Shown here: piece by piece, positions 19,689-33,305 of the stretch
Layout of the letters: every line of letters starts with the position of its first letter
Position numbering within the stretch: the stretch's first letter is position 1
DNA from: Nitrospirota bacterium
GTDB lineage: Bacteria; Nitrospirota; Nitrospiria; Nitrospirales; Nitrospiraceae
Reading direction: 5' to 3'
NCBI GenBank assembly: GCA_963701855.1
Contig: CAVPBK010000004.1
Span: 96,001-160,000, forward strand
Length of the DNA stretch: 64,000 nucleotides
Position numbers and translations under genes: made by a program
The notes under the pieces: model-generated
The model's input: only the letters and a program-made list of their open reading frames with translations
Told to the model about the DNA's origin: nothing
The model's database searches: none

Positions 19689-20888
19689 TCAGGAGGAGGG
19701 CCCTGCCAGAGAGGCCGTCCGAGCCCGCAACGCAACGAGCACCGTTCCCCAGGCGCAGACCCCAAATCCTGCGAAGAGCCAGAGACCCAGGTCATAGCTC
19801 CCAGTGAACCCCTTCAAGGTTCCAGCGACAATGGGCAGGAGAAATCCCCCAAAACCACCGGCTGCCCCCACTACACCCGATGCGAGACCGATGTCTTTCG
19901 GGAACCATTCGGCAACTAACTGGAAGACCACACCGTTCCCAAATCCCATCGCACCGGTCGCGATCACCATCATGGCCACGGCCATGGGTAGCGAGGGACT
20001 CGTCACCGCCACGACTGAACCGACGACGATCGGCAACACATAATAAAGGATACGGAGACCACCCTGCCGATCCGCAAGGTAGCCACCCACCGGACGAATC
20101 AGACTGCCGAAAAGTCCGCATAACGCTGCGACGGTCCCAGCCATGACCGCGTCCAGCTGATACAGATCGTGCAACAGCAGCGGCAGCAGGCTGCAGAATC
20201 CGACAAAGCCACCGAACGTAACGGCATACAAAAAACAAAGCCAGTAGGCGGTTCTGCGGCGGATGAGGTCTGCCACATTGTGCCACCACTCTACGCGATG
20301 GAGCTCCACTCTCGGTTGTTCCCGCGGGACGAGAAGAGCGAACAGAACCAGCGTGACTCCTACGATACCAGCCATCACTGCACAGACGTGATGCCAATCC
20401 ATCACGGCAGCCCAGCGCGGCGCAAGAAACAGGATCAGCACGGTACCCACGTTCGCTGATGCAGCCAGACCCAACACGAACCCCTGCGCAGTCGGCGGAT
20501 AGGCTCGCCCGGCAATCGGCAGCGACACGGCGAAACTCGCGCCGGCGACGCCAAGAAGCAGCGCAAAGACCAACGCTTCGTGATATCCGGACACGCCCAG
20601 CCATCCCCACAGCAAGGCAGCTAATTCCGCAAGAAGGATCACCAGTGCGGTGGGCCGTGCGCCCACCCAGTCGGCGCTCCATCCCGCCAGCAGTCTGAGT
20701 CCTGCACCACCGAGCAGAGGCAGTGCCACCAGCCACGCCACTTGCTGATCGCTCAGTTGCAGGTCGCGGGCAAGCGAAATGCTCATGGCGCCGATCAGCA
20801 GCCAGACCATGAAGCTGACAGTCAAATGCAACCAGGCTCCAGCCAAGGATGGCCAATGCCCGCTTCGTAGTGCTGTCAGAATCGCCAT
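19689..20888 (-). CDS. MFS nitrate/nitrite porter (NarK/NasA family)
   Basis: About 12 TMs; GVAGASFAV, TFGGFVGF, RPVGGYLADR, GFGNGVVFQLV, SGVVGAAGGFGGF nitrate-signature-like motifs. Confidence 0.85.
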   Translation of the reverse strand: MAILTALRSGHWPSLAGAWLHLTVSFMVWLLIGAMSISLARDLQLSDQQVAWLVALPLLGGAGLRLLAGWSADWVGARPTALVILLAELAALLWGWLGVSGYHEALVFALLLGVAGASFAVSLPIAGRAYPPTAQGFVLGLAASANVGTVLILFLAPRWAAVMDWHHVCAVMAGIVGVTLVLFALLVPREQPRVELHRVEWWHNVADLIRRRTAYWLCFLYAVTFGGFVGFCSLLPLLLHDLYQLDAVMAGTVAALCGLFGSLIRPVGGYLADRQGGLRILYYVLPIVVGSVVAVTSPSLPMAVAMMVIATGAMGFGNGVVFQLVAEWFPKDIGLASGVVGAAGGFGGFLLPIVAGTLKGFTGSYDLGLWLFAGFGVCAWGTVLVALRARTASLAGPSS

Positions 20889-21086
20889 GTCTCTTTCCGG
20901 TCTATCCTGTCCGGCTTGTCTGTTCGATCCGTGCCCTTAGCCATACATTATTGACCATGAGCTCTTTGCTCGCACGGAAGACGACATCATAGGGGACGCC
21001 GTTTCGTCCGCGCAAGGGAACAAGAAAGCAGGCCGAGGACTTTTTGAGCACCCAGGCTAGGGGCGCTTATGATAATCTCAACCTCC

Positions 21087-22085
21087 ATGAGCCCGCGCAA
21101 GAAGGATCTCGACGTAGAACCGATCGAACCGGAGGTCTTGGACCCGTCCGAAGAACAGCTCGCCGAGATCAGTCCGCCTCCTGAAGTATCTCCCCTTGCA
21201 GCCCTGGAACATTCTCATGCCGCCGATACCACAGCCGTGGTGCCGGTCACGGCGCTCCAACAATATTTGGCCGAGGTCCGTCTCCATCCCTATCTCTCCA
21301 AAGAAGAAGAGCTGCGCCTGTTCCACGAATATCGAACGTACGGGAACCGCGACGCCGCCGTGAAGCTCATTATGGCCAACCTGCGCGTGTCCATCTCGAT
21401 TGCCGCTGAATATCTCCACACCGGCGCCGACCATATGGACCTCATTCAAGAAGGCAACGTCGGGCTGATGCATGCCATCAAGAAGTTCGACCCTTCGAAG
21501 AACGTGCGCTTTTACGCCTATGCCGCCTGGTGGTCGCGGGCCTATATCCTTCGCTACTTACTGAACAACTATCGCCTGGTCAAGATCGGGACGACCCAAG
21601 ACCAACGGAAGCTGTTCTACAACCTCAAAAGAGAGAAGGCCAAGCTTGAACGGGAGGGGTTTGCTCCAGACACGAAGTTGCTTGCCGACCGCTTGAACGT
21701 ACGGGAGCGTGACGTCATCGAGATGGGGCAGCGGCTGGGTAATTGGGAGCTTTCGCTGGACCAGCCGCTCGGCGAAGACCAGGAAGGAAGCCTGCTCGAT
21801 GTGCTTCCCTCTCAGCAGGTTCCGGCAGACGAGCAGCTTGCTCAAACCCAACTGCAGACACTCTTTCGTGCCAAGCTTGCCGAATTTGTCAAAACGCTCG
21901 ACGAACGGGACGAAGACATCTTACGGAATCGAATTCTCTCAGAAACCCCATTGACCCTAGAAGACCTCGGCTCCAAATACTCCATTACCAAAGAACGAAC
22001 CAGGCAACTAGAAGCCCGTATCATCAAGCGCTTGCGCGACTACGTCAAGAAAGATATCAAAGATTTCGACCACTTGCGGATCTGA
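21087..22085 (+). CDS. rpoH: RNA polymerase sigma-32 factor
   Basis: DLIQEGNVGLM, RpoH box QRKLFYNLKREK, region 4 ERTRQLE; adjacent to groESL. Confidence 0.92.
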   Translation: MSPRKKDLDVEPIEPEVLDPSEEQLAEISPPPEVSPLAALEHSHAADTTAVVPVTALQQYLAEVRLHPYLSKEEELRLFHEYRTYGNRDAAVKLIMANLRVSISIAAEYLHTGADHMDLIQEGNVGLMHAIKKFDPSKNVRFYAYAAWWSRAYILRYLLNNYRLVKIGTTQDQRKLFYNLKREKAKLEREGFAPDTKLLADRLNVRERDVIEMGQRLGNWELSLDQPLGEDQEGSLLDVLPSQQVPADEQLAQTQLQTLFRAKLAEFVKTLDERDEDILRNRILSETPLTLEDLGSKYSITKERTRQLEARIIKRLRDYVKKDIKDFDHLRI

Positions 22086-22346
22086 CTTCGCTGCTGCCCG
22101 TGAAAATAAATCCTGAAATGCCCCATTCTCAATTAGTTATGATTCCCCAGTCCCTGTTATGAATGTGCGTGGAAGAATTTCGTTGCTGCCCCCCCTTGAC
22201 TTGGACAAACACGAGGCTATCTCGAATCCCGTGCCCAGGGATCAGGACTTCTGCTCGTTCTGGAGTACCACCGTTACCCCATCGAGTCCGAACCTGTTCT
22301 ACATCGTTGATATTCACTGGTTTAACTTCATGAGGAGGGTGTTGCT

Positions 22347-22655
22347 ATGAGCACTGCAGCCAAGGAGAAGACAGAGAAAAAGAACTTAGCCAAGGGGTTC
22401 CAGCCTCTGGGTGACCGGGTATTCGTCACCTACACCGAGGAATTGGACCGGACCTCCGGCGGGATTTACGTGCCGGACAGCGCGAAAGAGAAGCCACAAC
22501 GAGGGATCGTCCAAGCCATCGGCAAGAAGGTTGAGCATGTGAAAGTCGGCGACCAGGTTCTGTTCGACAAATATTCCGGCAGCAAGCTCCGGATCGAAGA
22601 CGAAGAATGCTTGATCCTCAAGGAAGAAGACATCCTCGGGGTCTTCACAAGCTAA
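22347..22655 (+). CDS. groES: Co-chaperonin GroES
   Basis: PLGDRV, TSGGIYVPDSAKEKP, VKVGDQVLF, EEDILG. Confidence 0.98.
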   Translation: MSTAAKEKTEKKNLAKGFQPLGDRVFVTYTEELDRTSGGIYVPDSAKEKPQRGIVQAIGKKVEHVKVGDQVLFDKYSGSKLRIEDEECLILKEEDILGVFTS

Positions 22656-22699
22656 TCACCTCACCTACACACATTACGAAGACGATAATATTACTATAA

Positions 22700-24837
<2,138 letters not shown>

Positions 24838-25627
24838 GATATTGATAAATTTCAGCCAGCCATTGGAAAGGTCCGGAGAAACGTCAAGGATCTAGGGCTC
24901 CCTCCGCCTGATTCGAAGGAATTCATCTTTCTTGCCCGCCGTGTCGGATACATGACCGATGGCTGGCAATGGGGCACAGCATTTGCCGACTGATATCGAG
25001 TCGCATATGAAAACGGCGAAGCAGTTCCTCGAGAGGAATCGTCGATGAGCCTAGGATGAAGAATGCCCCTCGCGTAATCGAATACGGCGAGTGCTCCTCT
25101 CTCGTGAATCAGGCCGCGATAGTGGCTGCGGCCTGCACCTAAAAGAAAGGCGGCCTGGCGCCGGAAGGCCTCAGCCGTTGACACAAGCGAATACTGACTC
25201 TCCCTACTCGACCACGCACCATCAGGTTTCTTTGTCTTCGTTAAACCTCACGTGAATGGATTTGCTCGCTCTCGTCTTGGCCATATCCTTTACGATTCGA
25301 TCCCGCGTTGCTCATGCCCCAGGTGATCACCAGCACAAGCCCCACAGTGATTAGCGAAACTTAGATTGTTGCGAAAATTAAGGTATGGCCCATGTTTGTG
25401 CCCTTCCTTTCTTCTCCCTCATATTGTAGTCTTGCCAGGTCTCATCAGCACCAGCTCCTCGAACCCTGCGATATTCATTAGATACCTACACCAATCCATG
25501 CGTCCTCGGTGCGCTGGTAGAGTCATATCGGAACCTCTGTTTCATTCAGAAGCCCATCATTATTTATCCAGAGGCCATATAGCTACTCAGTTGGCAACCC
25601 GCTCTCCAGCGCGCAGCCGAACCTCAT

Positions 25628-25719
25628 TCAATAATCACTTTTCTGCAACCATCCCCATGCCATAGCCAAAACTCCTACCGAACAGACGTACACGAGCCAT
25701 TGATCAACCAGGCAGCCAT
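25628..25719 (-). CDS. Small membrane peptide (~30 aa, 1-nt frameshift), paralog of 33137-33238
   Basis: RBS GGAGG; reads MAAWLINGS(x)YVCSVGVLAMAWGWLQKSDY* after restoring one base. Confidence 0.5.
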
Positions 25720-25804
25720 CAGGTTGTTCCTCCTTCCAGGAAACATTTGCAATCCTTCCTCACCTGAAGTGATGAGTTGAATTGTGCGTGCGACCCTACT
25801 TTGC

Positions 25805-25819
25805 GCATAGGCCGTGCCA
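25805..25819 (-). promoter_or_regulatory. Sigma54 -24/-12 promoter
   Basis: TGGCACGGCCTATGC (GG-N10-GC); conserved in the paralogous module at 33291-33305. Confidence 0.65.
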
Positions 25820-26118
25820 GTCTAACTCTTTTCAATCGCTCGGTCACAATTCATTGGAATGTTGTGCCTCCTTGTCGAGCTGGAGATGGTGCTGATTCAA
25901 ATACACCCAATAGACTGACTATTGTCTCGAATCTCGAAGCCTGCTATCTTTGCATCGATTCTGCTCTTGTTGGTATCTCACCCTTCCCTGGCGGAGAACA
26001 ACCCTGCGGATATTGCTTGCATTCTCTTTGCGCCTCCCTTACTTGAAACGCGATCAGACAGGGACATCTACATCGTCTCTCCCGGGCGCTTGTCACGAAA
26101 TATGCCTCTCTGTTACCA

Positions 26119-27957
26119 GTGAAGGCTTCGATCAGACGATTTCAGGTCGCAGGGCTGCATTTTCCAGAGATAGAGAAAGAGGAAGTAGGACAGTTGACAC
26201 ATAAGGCACAACTGCTGCTTGATAGACCCTGGTGGTCGGGAACCGTGCTTCCCCTGGCGTTGCTCTTGTCTTTTGCAATCGCAGTAGGGGTGGGACTCTA
26301 TACATTGACTTCTTTGAGAGCTGTGCTGGTCCAGGAGAGGGGGACAGATCTCGGCAGGACCGCGGCCAGGGTCGCAAACACACTGGATCGGGTGTTGTTT
26401 GAGCGGTTCATCGATATCCAGGTATTTGCAAATGACAGAATTCTCTTCGAGGGAAAGCAGGAGGAGAAGACCCAGAGGTTACTGCAGTATAAGAAGCTGT
26501 ACTGGTACTACTCCTGGGTTGGGGTGACCGATGCAGCCGGTCGAATCGTTGTGGCAACTCAGTCGTTTGCCGGGCCGGAGACAGGTGGAATGATAGAGAC
26601 AGAGCGTGCGGCAGATGGTCGCGTGGGTTTCAAGCAACCGGATTGGTTTACGATGGTGAGACAAACAGGGCGGGTCTATCTGGAGGGAGCCCGGGTTTCA
26701 CCGGAGTCAGAGGGCATGATGGCTGTGGGCTTCTCGGCTCCCATCTATGGGCCACAAGGAGACTTTCGCGGAGTGGTGACGACCCGTGTTCCGATTGAAA
26801 ATCTCCGGGCCATTCTTGAGGAGGAAGGGAAACTCCCAAATGGAGAAGACACTCACGACTGGTTGCTGCTGGACCGTCAAGGAGCGGTGATCATCGAAAA
26901 GAGCCAAATGAGCGGTATGGACAGCAGGCTGCCGAAGGTGGAGCTGCTTTCCGCAAGAAGAGCCGCTGAAGATCGTGGGAGGCCGGGCTTTGTAGAGGAA
27001 CTGCATCAGCGACGGCAGATTCCTGTGGTGACCGGCTTTGCCAGGACACAAGGCTACAGCAACTTTCCGGGATTCGACTGGACCGTGTTGGTTCGATTGG
27101 ACCGTGAGCATGTCCAGGCTCCGATCAACCGGCTCATGTGGACCGTCGTCGGCGTGGGGCTCCTGCTCGTCACGCCGTTGGCTGGCTTCGGCGTGTGGGC
27201 GTCATGGAGACTGGTTCGCGATAACCGCGATCTGGCTCTGTCGCGGAAAGCCTTGGAAGTGTCCATCGCTGAGCTGGCTCGCTCCAATGCCGACTTGCAG
27301 CAGTTTGCGTATGTAGCCTCGCACGACCTGAAGGAGCCGCTGCGGATGGTCGCCAGTTATACACAGCTCTTGGCGAGGCGTTACAAAGGCAAACTCGATT
27401 CCGATGCCGACGAGTTCATCAGATATGCCGTAGATGGAGCCAACCGCATGCAATGGCTGATCAATGACCTCCTGGCGTACTCACGTGTGACCGTGCAGGA
27501 CAAAGTGTCTGAAGAGGTGGATTGCAATAGCGTGCTGGAAGAGGTGCTGAGCGATTTACGGGTTGCAGTCGAGGAGAGCCGGGCGGTCGTAACCCGCGCC
27601 CCCCTCCCCACAGTGATGGCGGACAGAATACAACTGGGACAGCTCTTTCAGAACCTGATCGGCAATGCCATCAAGTTCCACGGGAAGGAGCCTCCACAGG
27701 TTCATGTGTCGGCTGAACGCCGGCCCACTGAATGGTTGTTTTCGGTCCGCGACAACGGCGTCGGGCTGGACCCCGAGTATGCCGAGCGAATCTTTGTCAT
27801 TTTTCAACGATTGCACAATCGAGAAGAATATCCCGGCACCGGCATCGGTCTGGCGATATGCAAAAAGATTGTTGAACGCCATGGCGGACGAATCTGGGTA
27901 GTATCCCAGACGGACCAAGGAGCAACTTTTCATTTCACTCTGCCGATAATCGGCTAG
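26119..27957 (+). CDS. Membrane sensor histidine kinase (periplasmic Cache-like domain, HisKA, HATPase)
   Basis: Two TMs; H-box FAYVASHDLKEPLR, N-box QNLIGNAIKF, DNGVG, IFQRLH, GTGIGLAIC. Confidence 0.93.
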   Translation: MKASIRRFQVAGLHFPEIEKEEVGQLTHKAQLLLDRPWWSGTVLPLALLLSFAIAVGVGLYTLTSLRAVLVQERGTDLGRTAARVANTLDRVLFERFIDIQVFANDRILFEGKQEEKTQRLLQYKKLYWYYSWVGVTDAAGRIVVATQSFAGPETGGMIETERAADGRVGFKQPDWFTMVRQTGRVYLEGARVSPESEGMMAVGFSAPIYGPQGDFRGVVTTRVPIENLRAILEEEGKLPNGEDTHDWLLLDRQGAVIIEKSQMSGMDSRLPKVELLSARRAAEDRGRPGFVEELHQRRQIPVVTGFARTQGYSNFPGFDWTVLVRLDREHVQAPINRLMWTVVGVGLLLVTPLAGFGVWASWRLVRDNRDLALSRKALEVSIAELARSNADLQQFAYVASHDLKEPLRMVASYTQLLARRYKGKLDSDADEFIRYAVDGANRMQWLINDLLAYSRVTVQDKVSEEVDCNSVLEEVLSDLRVAVEESRAVVTRAPLPTVMADRIQLGQLFQNLIGNAIKFHGKEPPQVHVSAERRPTEWLFSVRDNGVGLDPEYAERIFVIFQRLHNREEYPGTGIGLAICKKIVERHGGRIWVVSQTDQGATFHFTLPIIG

Positions 27958-28035
27958 AGCCGACATGATCGTGATGCTTGAATCGATCCGTAGGGATCAT
28001 CCTTCACGGACGATTTTCACGCAAGGAGACATCAT

Positions 28036-28482
28036 ATGCACACTTCCAAGAATGTCAAACCAGTGCAGATACTCTTAGTGGAAGACAATCCCGGCGATGT
28101 CGGTCTGACGCTTGAGGCCCTCAAAGAGGCCACTCTGCCCAACAAGCTTACGGTCGTCAAAACCGGTATAGAAGCCTTGTTGTTGTTGCGCCGGCAAGGG
28201 CAGTACGCAGGCGCTCCACGACCTGATCTCATCCTGCTCGACCTCAACCTTCCCAAGAAAGACGGACGAAAGGTGCTGGCTGAGATCAAGACCGACGAGA
28301 ATCTGAAACGCATCCCCGTAGTCATTCTCACGACGTCGGAGGATGAAAGAGACGTCTTGGAGAGCTACAACCTCCACGCGAACTGCTACATTGTCAAGCC
28401 GCTGGATTTGGACCGGTTCATCACGGTGATAAAAACGATTGAGGACTTCTGGCTCAGGATCGTGGTGCTGCCGAAGAAGTGA
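28036..28482 (+). CDS. Single-domain response regulator (Rcp1-like)
   Basis: [29 protein letters not shown]. Confidence 0.93.
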   Translation: MHTSKNVKPVQILLVEDNPGDVGLTLEALKEATLPNKLTVVKTGIEALLLLRRQGQYAGAPRPDLILLDLNLPKKDGRKVLAEIKTDENLKRIPVVILTTSEDERDVLESYNLHANCYIVKPLDLDRFITVIKTIEDFWLRIVVLPKK

Positions 28483-28494
28483 AAGAGCATTTGA

Positions 28495-30238
28495 CTATTT
28501 CGCCGGCTTTCGCCCGATCAGCTGGAAGGTTTTTTTGAGCAGGGCAGAGGTTTTCGGCGTTTCGAAGAGCGAACGAAAAATGTCGTGAACGAGGGTGGTA
28601 TGGCCGGCAAGATCGGCTTGAAATTGCTTCACAGCGATCGGACGATCGGCTCTGTCATAGCCCATGCGGATGGCGCAACGTTCTAATTCCATCTGCTGAT
28701 CCGGGAGCGCATGCGTCTGTAGATCGTGCACCATCTGGAGTTTGTGCTCCACGTCTCGGAGAAACTGATAGGCACGGGTCAGATCGGTCCGTTGTACTCT
28801 TGACAGAATACCGGCCCTCTGAAGCCGCACCAACGAATCGAGAGTGCCCCGGCCCAGAATTCCAGGCAGCCGCTGGCCGGCCAGCACTTGGATCGTTTGG
28901 ACGAGAAACTCGATTTCCCTGATCCCGCCGACACCGAGCTTGACGTTGCGTTGTTCATGTCCGCGCTCTGCCATCTTCGCGTCAATCCGCTCCTTGACCA
29001 ATCGGACCTCCTCCACGATCGCGAGCCCCTGTTCGACATCCGGGCGTTTCGATGAGGGCGCCAGCACAAAGGGCCGCACCATCTTGATGAACGATTTCCC
29101 GACCTCCTGCGACCCGGCGATGGGCCAGGCCTTCAGCAAGGCCAACCGTTCCCACACTTGTCCTCTCGTCCGATAGTACTTGGCATAGTCCTCAAGCGAG
29201 CGAGTGAGCTGCCCCACCGATCCCTCCGCCCGCAAACGGAGGTCCACGCGATAGACGTATCCTTCATGGGTCTGCGCGGTCAGCGCCCTCGTCAGCTCCC
29301 GCGCGAGAATTTCAAAGTATTCTTCATTGGATAACCCGCGCTGCTCAGAGCTCTGTGCCTTCCTGCGTCCGGATGCGGCCGGCCTGGTTTCTCCCTCATG
29401 GGACTCACAGACATAGAACACATCTACGTCGGAGCTGTAATTGAGCTCGTGTCCACCCAGCTTCCCCATCGCAATGACGGTGAAGCCCGTCTCCACCCAT
29501 CGCCTCTGCCGATTCTTGTGCATGGGAATGCCGTGCCGGGTCCGTAGATCGCTATCCACAATGCGATAGGCGGCATGGATAGAGACCGCGGCCAGGTCCG
29601 AGAGAGAGGCGGTTGTTTCCACCACATCGGCTAATCGGAGGAGGTCGCGCACGCCGATGCGTAACATCTCTCGACGATGGAATCGTCTGAGCGCATCCAA
29701 CTTGAGTTCCGTGGCGACGACATTCTCCAAGCTTTGCCGGATCGTGCGTTCCATCCCCGCCCTGGTCGGAGCAGTGGACAGCACATTCTGTTGGGCCAGC
29801 CAGTACAGCAGCAGGGGATCGCGGACGAGGGTAAAGGCAAGCGCGTCGCTGTTCCCAAAAATCGTGCACACCAGATCCAGCATGCGGGGAGCGCTGCGCA
29901 GGTATTCCAACACGGCCGACCGGCTGACTCCGCTTGCAAGCCAGCGTTCCCAATGATTCAACGCCTGATCGGGGTCGGCGGTCCGCCCAATGGCCTCAAG
30001 CAATGCAGGCAGGATGTCTGCCAACTGATGCCGCTGGTGTGAGTCGCCAGCCATCGACTGCAGATTCGCATCGGCATCCTGAATGCGGTGGAGTCCGTAC
30101 GGTTGAAGAATCGCTTCAAGTCGGGCCGGTTCCAGCTCAGGCGCTAAGAGGATCGGAGTCGGATCAGGACGAGCAGCCCACTCAAGCTTCGGAACGGCAC
30201 AATAGCTGCGGCACGGGCTTCTTGGGGCGAGTGGTCAT
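28495..30238 (-). CDS. glnE: GlnE-type nucleotidyltransferase, single (adenylyl-removase-like) domain; probable frameshift near the N-terminus
   Basis: AMGKLGGHELNYSSDVD, RVDLRLR.EG, WERLALLKA, NVKLGVGGIREIEF, LRDVEHKLQ. The frame stays open upstream of 30054, and the nearest ATG (30238) is out of frame. Confidence 0.85.
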
Positions 30239-30305
30239 AGGGCGGGCATTATACGCACACCTTGACGCTCGCACAACGAACCCCGCTTCGGCTATACTCC
30301 GAGCC

Positions 30306-32587
30306 ATGATGGATGGGCTTGGATCACGCGAGTCGATCATCAAGACCCTGGTGTCCCTCTGTCCTGATGTCGATGATGAGGTACTCCAGGACTTCGTGTC
30401 TCGGATGGACCCCGAGTACTTCGAGACGGTTCCAACCAGACACCATCGCACACCATATTCAGCTTGCCAGCCGGCTCACGCCGGACCATCCCTGCGAATT
30501 TTCGGTGATCGACAAACAAGCAGGGCCGATCGGAAATCAGCATCGTCGCCTACGATTACTTCTCGGAATTCGCCGCCATCTGCGGTGTGCTCTCGGCCTT
30601 CGGACTCAATATCGAAGAAGGACGGATCTATACCTTTATGGGGGCCACGCCCGCTCCCTCACCGCGCCGAAAGGCTCCCTCGACGGTCGGCAGACCTAAA
30701 GGCCGGCCCGGCCTCAGCCGCAAGAAAATCGTCGATGTCTTCCTGGTGCATCCCATAGACCGCACAGGCTTTCCCTCGCCGCAGCACAATGCCCTCAGAC
30801 AGACCGTCAGCGAGATCGTGCAACTGCTGGATGCCGGTCAGTTTGAAGAGGCGCGTCAATATGTCAACCGCCGGCTCGTCGAACGATTGGACAAGCAGCG
30901 GAGCGCCTTCACCGGCTTGCTCGATACGGTGCAGATTACCTTCGACAATCGCCAATCGCCGACAGATACGATCATGGACATCCAATCGGATGATACTCCG
31001 GCCTTCCTCTATGCGCTTGCGAATGGCTTGGCCATGCGCAACATCTACATTACCAAGGCCCAGATCGAATGCGACGGCGCCAAGCTGCACGATCGTTTCT
31101 TTGTCAGGAATCGCGATGGACAGAAACTGCTCGACTCCGCCGATCAGCAGCTACTGCGGCTGACCGCCGTGCTCATCAAACAATTCACGCATGCCTTGAC
31201 CTGGGCGTCCGACCCGGCTAAGGCACTGGCATCGTTCGACCAATTCCTGGATCTCATCGTGAAAGACCAGGGCAAGAGACGGCAAGAGCCAGGCGCTCGA
31301 CTTCATCAGCGATAAAAAAATATTTCCGTTGCTCGCGCAACTGCTCGGCGCCAGCGATTTCTTGTGGGAGGATTTTCTCCGACGCCAGCACGATAACCTC
31401 CTTCCGTTGCTCACAGAATACCGGGATGCACCCCTGATCAAACCGCAGGCAACCCTCCGAAAAGAGCTCGACCGTCTGGTCATGCGAGCCAAAACAGACG
31501 AAGCGCGAAAGGACGCGCTTGAACCGGTTTAAAGACCGTGAGATGTTCCGGATCGACATCAAACATATCGTCGAGCCCTCGAGCAATTTCCCTGACTTTT
31601 CGCTGGCGCTCACGGAACTGGCGGAAGTCATCATGGAACGGAGCATCGTAGATTGCAGCGCCAAGCTGGAGAAATCTTACGGGCGCCCACAGCTCGCCAA
31701 CAAGAAGCCCTGCCCCTTTGCCGTCCTGGGCCTGGGAAAATTCGGAGCGCGAGAGCTTGGCTATGCATCGGACATCGAGGTCCTGTTCGTCTACGGCGGA
31801 TCGGGCAGCACAAGCGGTATAGATGGAATTGAGAACAGCGAATACTTCGAGCGGCTGGCCCAGGAACTCCTGGGGTGGATCGAAGCCAAGCAAGAAGGCA
31901 TCTATCGCATTGATGTCCGGCTTCGACCGCACGGAGGCAAGGGCGCGCTGGCCAATGCGTTCGAGGAGGTCTGTCGCTACTACAGTCCAACCGGATTCGC
32001 TTGCCGCGCCGTTCGAGCGGCAAGCCCTGATCAAGTTACGGCATATCGCCGGCGATTCCGCGCTGGGGCATCAACTGGAAACACACCGAGACTCCTTCGT
32101 CTACGGAGTAGCTCCCTGGGACATTCCCGCAGCACTGGAACTCCGGAGACAACAGCTCAGACAAATGGTCGCGCCTGGAAAGGTCAACGTGAAATATAGC
32201 GCGGGAGGACTCATCGACATCGAATATGCCGCGCAATACCTGCAAGTGATGCATGGCCACAACCACCCGAGCCTCCGCACACCGAATACCCTGCAGGCAC
32301 TCGCCGCACTGGTCAATGAGGGACTGATCACACGCACCGATGGAGCAGGCCTCCGGAAAGCCTACATCTTCATCCGAATGTTGGTCAACGGATTGCGCAT
32401 GGTCAGGGGAAACACCAAGGATCTTGTGCTCCCTCCTTCCGATTCGGAAGAGTTTGTCAGTCTTGCCCGCCGCATCGGCTACACGAGAGACGATTGGCGA
32501 GCCGGCGCTCGCGATTTGCAGTCAGATATCGAGCAGCATATGACACTCACCAAGCCGTTCTTTGAGCGGACGTTCGGAGCGTTATGA
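30306..32587 (+). CDS. ACT-domain-fused GlnE adenylyltransferase-like protein (about 5 apparent frameshifts)
   Basis: Consecutive frames give ACT-like segments (AICGVLSAFGLNIEEGRI; DTPAFLYALANGLAMRNIYI...DRFFV), then GKFGARELGYASDIE, IDVRLRPHG, FERQAL, VKYSAGGLIDIEYAAQYL. Shifts near 30427, 30525, 31277, 31520 and 32000. Confidence 0.8.
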
Positions 32588-32835
32588 GGGAAGACGGCCA
32601 GGTGACCTCCTTACTCGCAGAACGCGCACGATAAGAATGTGCTCGCTTGGGGCAAGAGCGCGTCTCGGCGCGCTCGGGGTTGGGCGGGTGAGAATGCTGC
32701 GCGCAGTGAAGGGCAGCCTTGGGCCGCTCCCCTAAAGAGAGGGTGGTTAGGAGAGGAAGAAGACCTCGTTCGACGATCGCAGTGGAATCAATCTGGGTGA
32801 CATTCCCGGAAGAGTAAAACAAGCAAGCTTGGAGG
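32588..32835. repeat. Dispersed repeat, family B (inverted)
   Basis: Reverse complement contains gggagcggcc...ctgcgcgc...cgtgcgcgttctgcgagtaaggagg...ctggccgtcttccc. Confidence 0.8.
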
Positions 32836-33136
32836 GAGCATGTATAACTTCGTTAGGCCGAAGCACCTCAGCCGTTGATACAGAGATGCGCTGATTCTCT
32901 TCTCGACCATGCAGCATGAGATTGCTCCATCCTCGTCAAGCCTCACGAATGAATTTACTCCCCGTCTTGACCAAATTCTTCACGAGATGACCCCACGTGA
33001 CTCATGTTCCGCATGATCACCATGCGCTTCGAATCTTGCGATTTTTACTAATGACTACACCGGTTCAGACGTGCTCGGCGCGCTTGTATCATATCAGAAG
33101 GTCGCAAGCCCCTCTTAGCGCGCCGCTGCACCTCAT

Positions 33137-33238
33137 TCAAGAGTCACTTCTCTGCAACCATCCCCACGCCATGGCCAAGAGTCCAAGCGAAGCGAAGTAC
33201 AGCGAGCCATTGATCAACACAGCATTTATCATAGTCAT
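33137..33238 (-). CDS. Small single-TM peptide (33 aa)
   Basis: RBS AGGAGA; MTMINAVLINGSLYFASLGLLAMAWGWLQRSDS*; downstream of a sigma54-type site; paralog at 25628-25719. Confidence 0.6.
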   Translation of the reverse strand: MTMINAVLINGSLYFASLGLLAMAWGWLQRSDS

Positions 33239-33290
33239 AGTGTTTCTCCTTTCCTGAAACATTAATCATGCATTCAGCATGTCAGAAATA

Positions 33291-33305
33291 GCACAGGCCG
33301 TGCCG
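33291..33305 (-). promoter_or_regulatory. Sigma54 -24/-12 promoter
   Basis: CGGCACGGCCTGTGC (GG-N10-GC), immediately downstream of a sigma54 activator gene. Confidence 0.6.

Noticed and set aside
20994..21009. Hairpin GGACG-AAACGG-CGTCC upstream of the nitrate/nitrite transporter as an ANTAR site
   Set aside because: The loop lacks G at position 4, and there is no second hairpin or terminator.
24852..25184. 110-aa minus-strand ORF
   Set aside because: No recognisable motif or RBS, and atypical composition.
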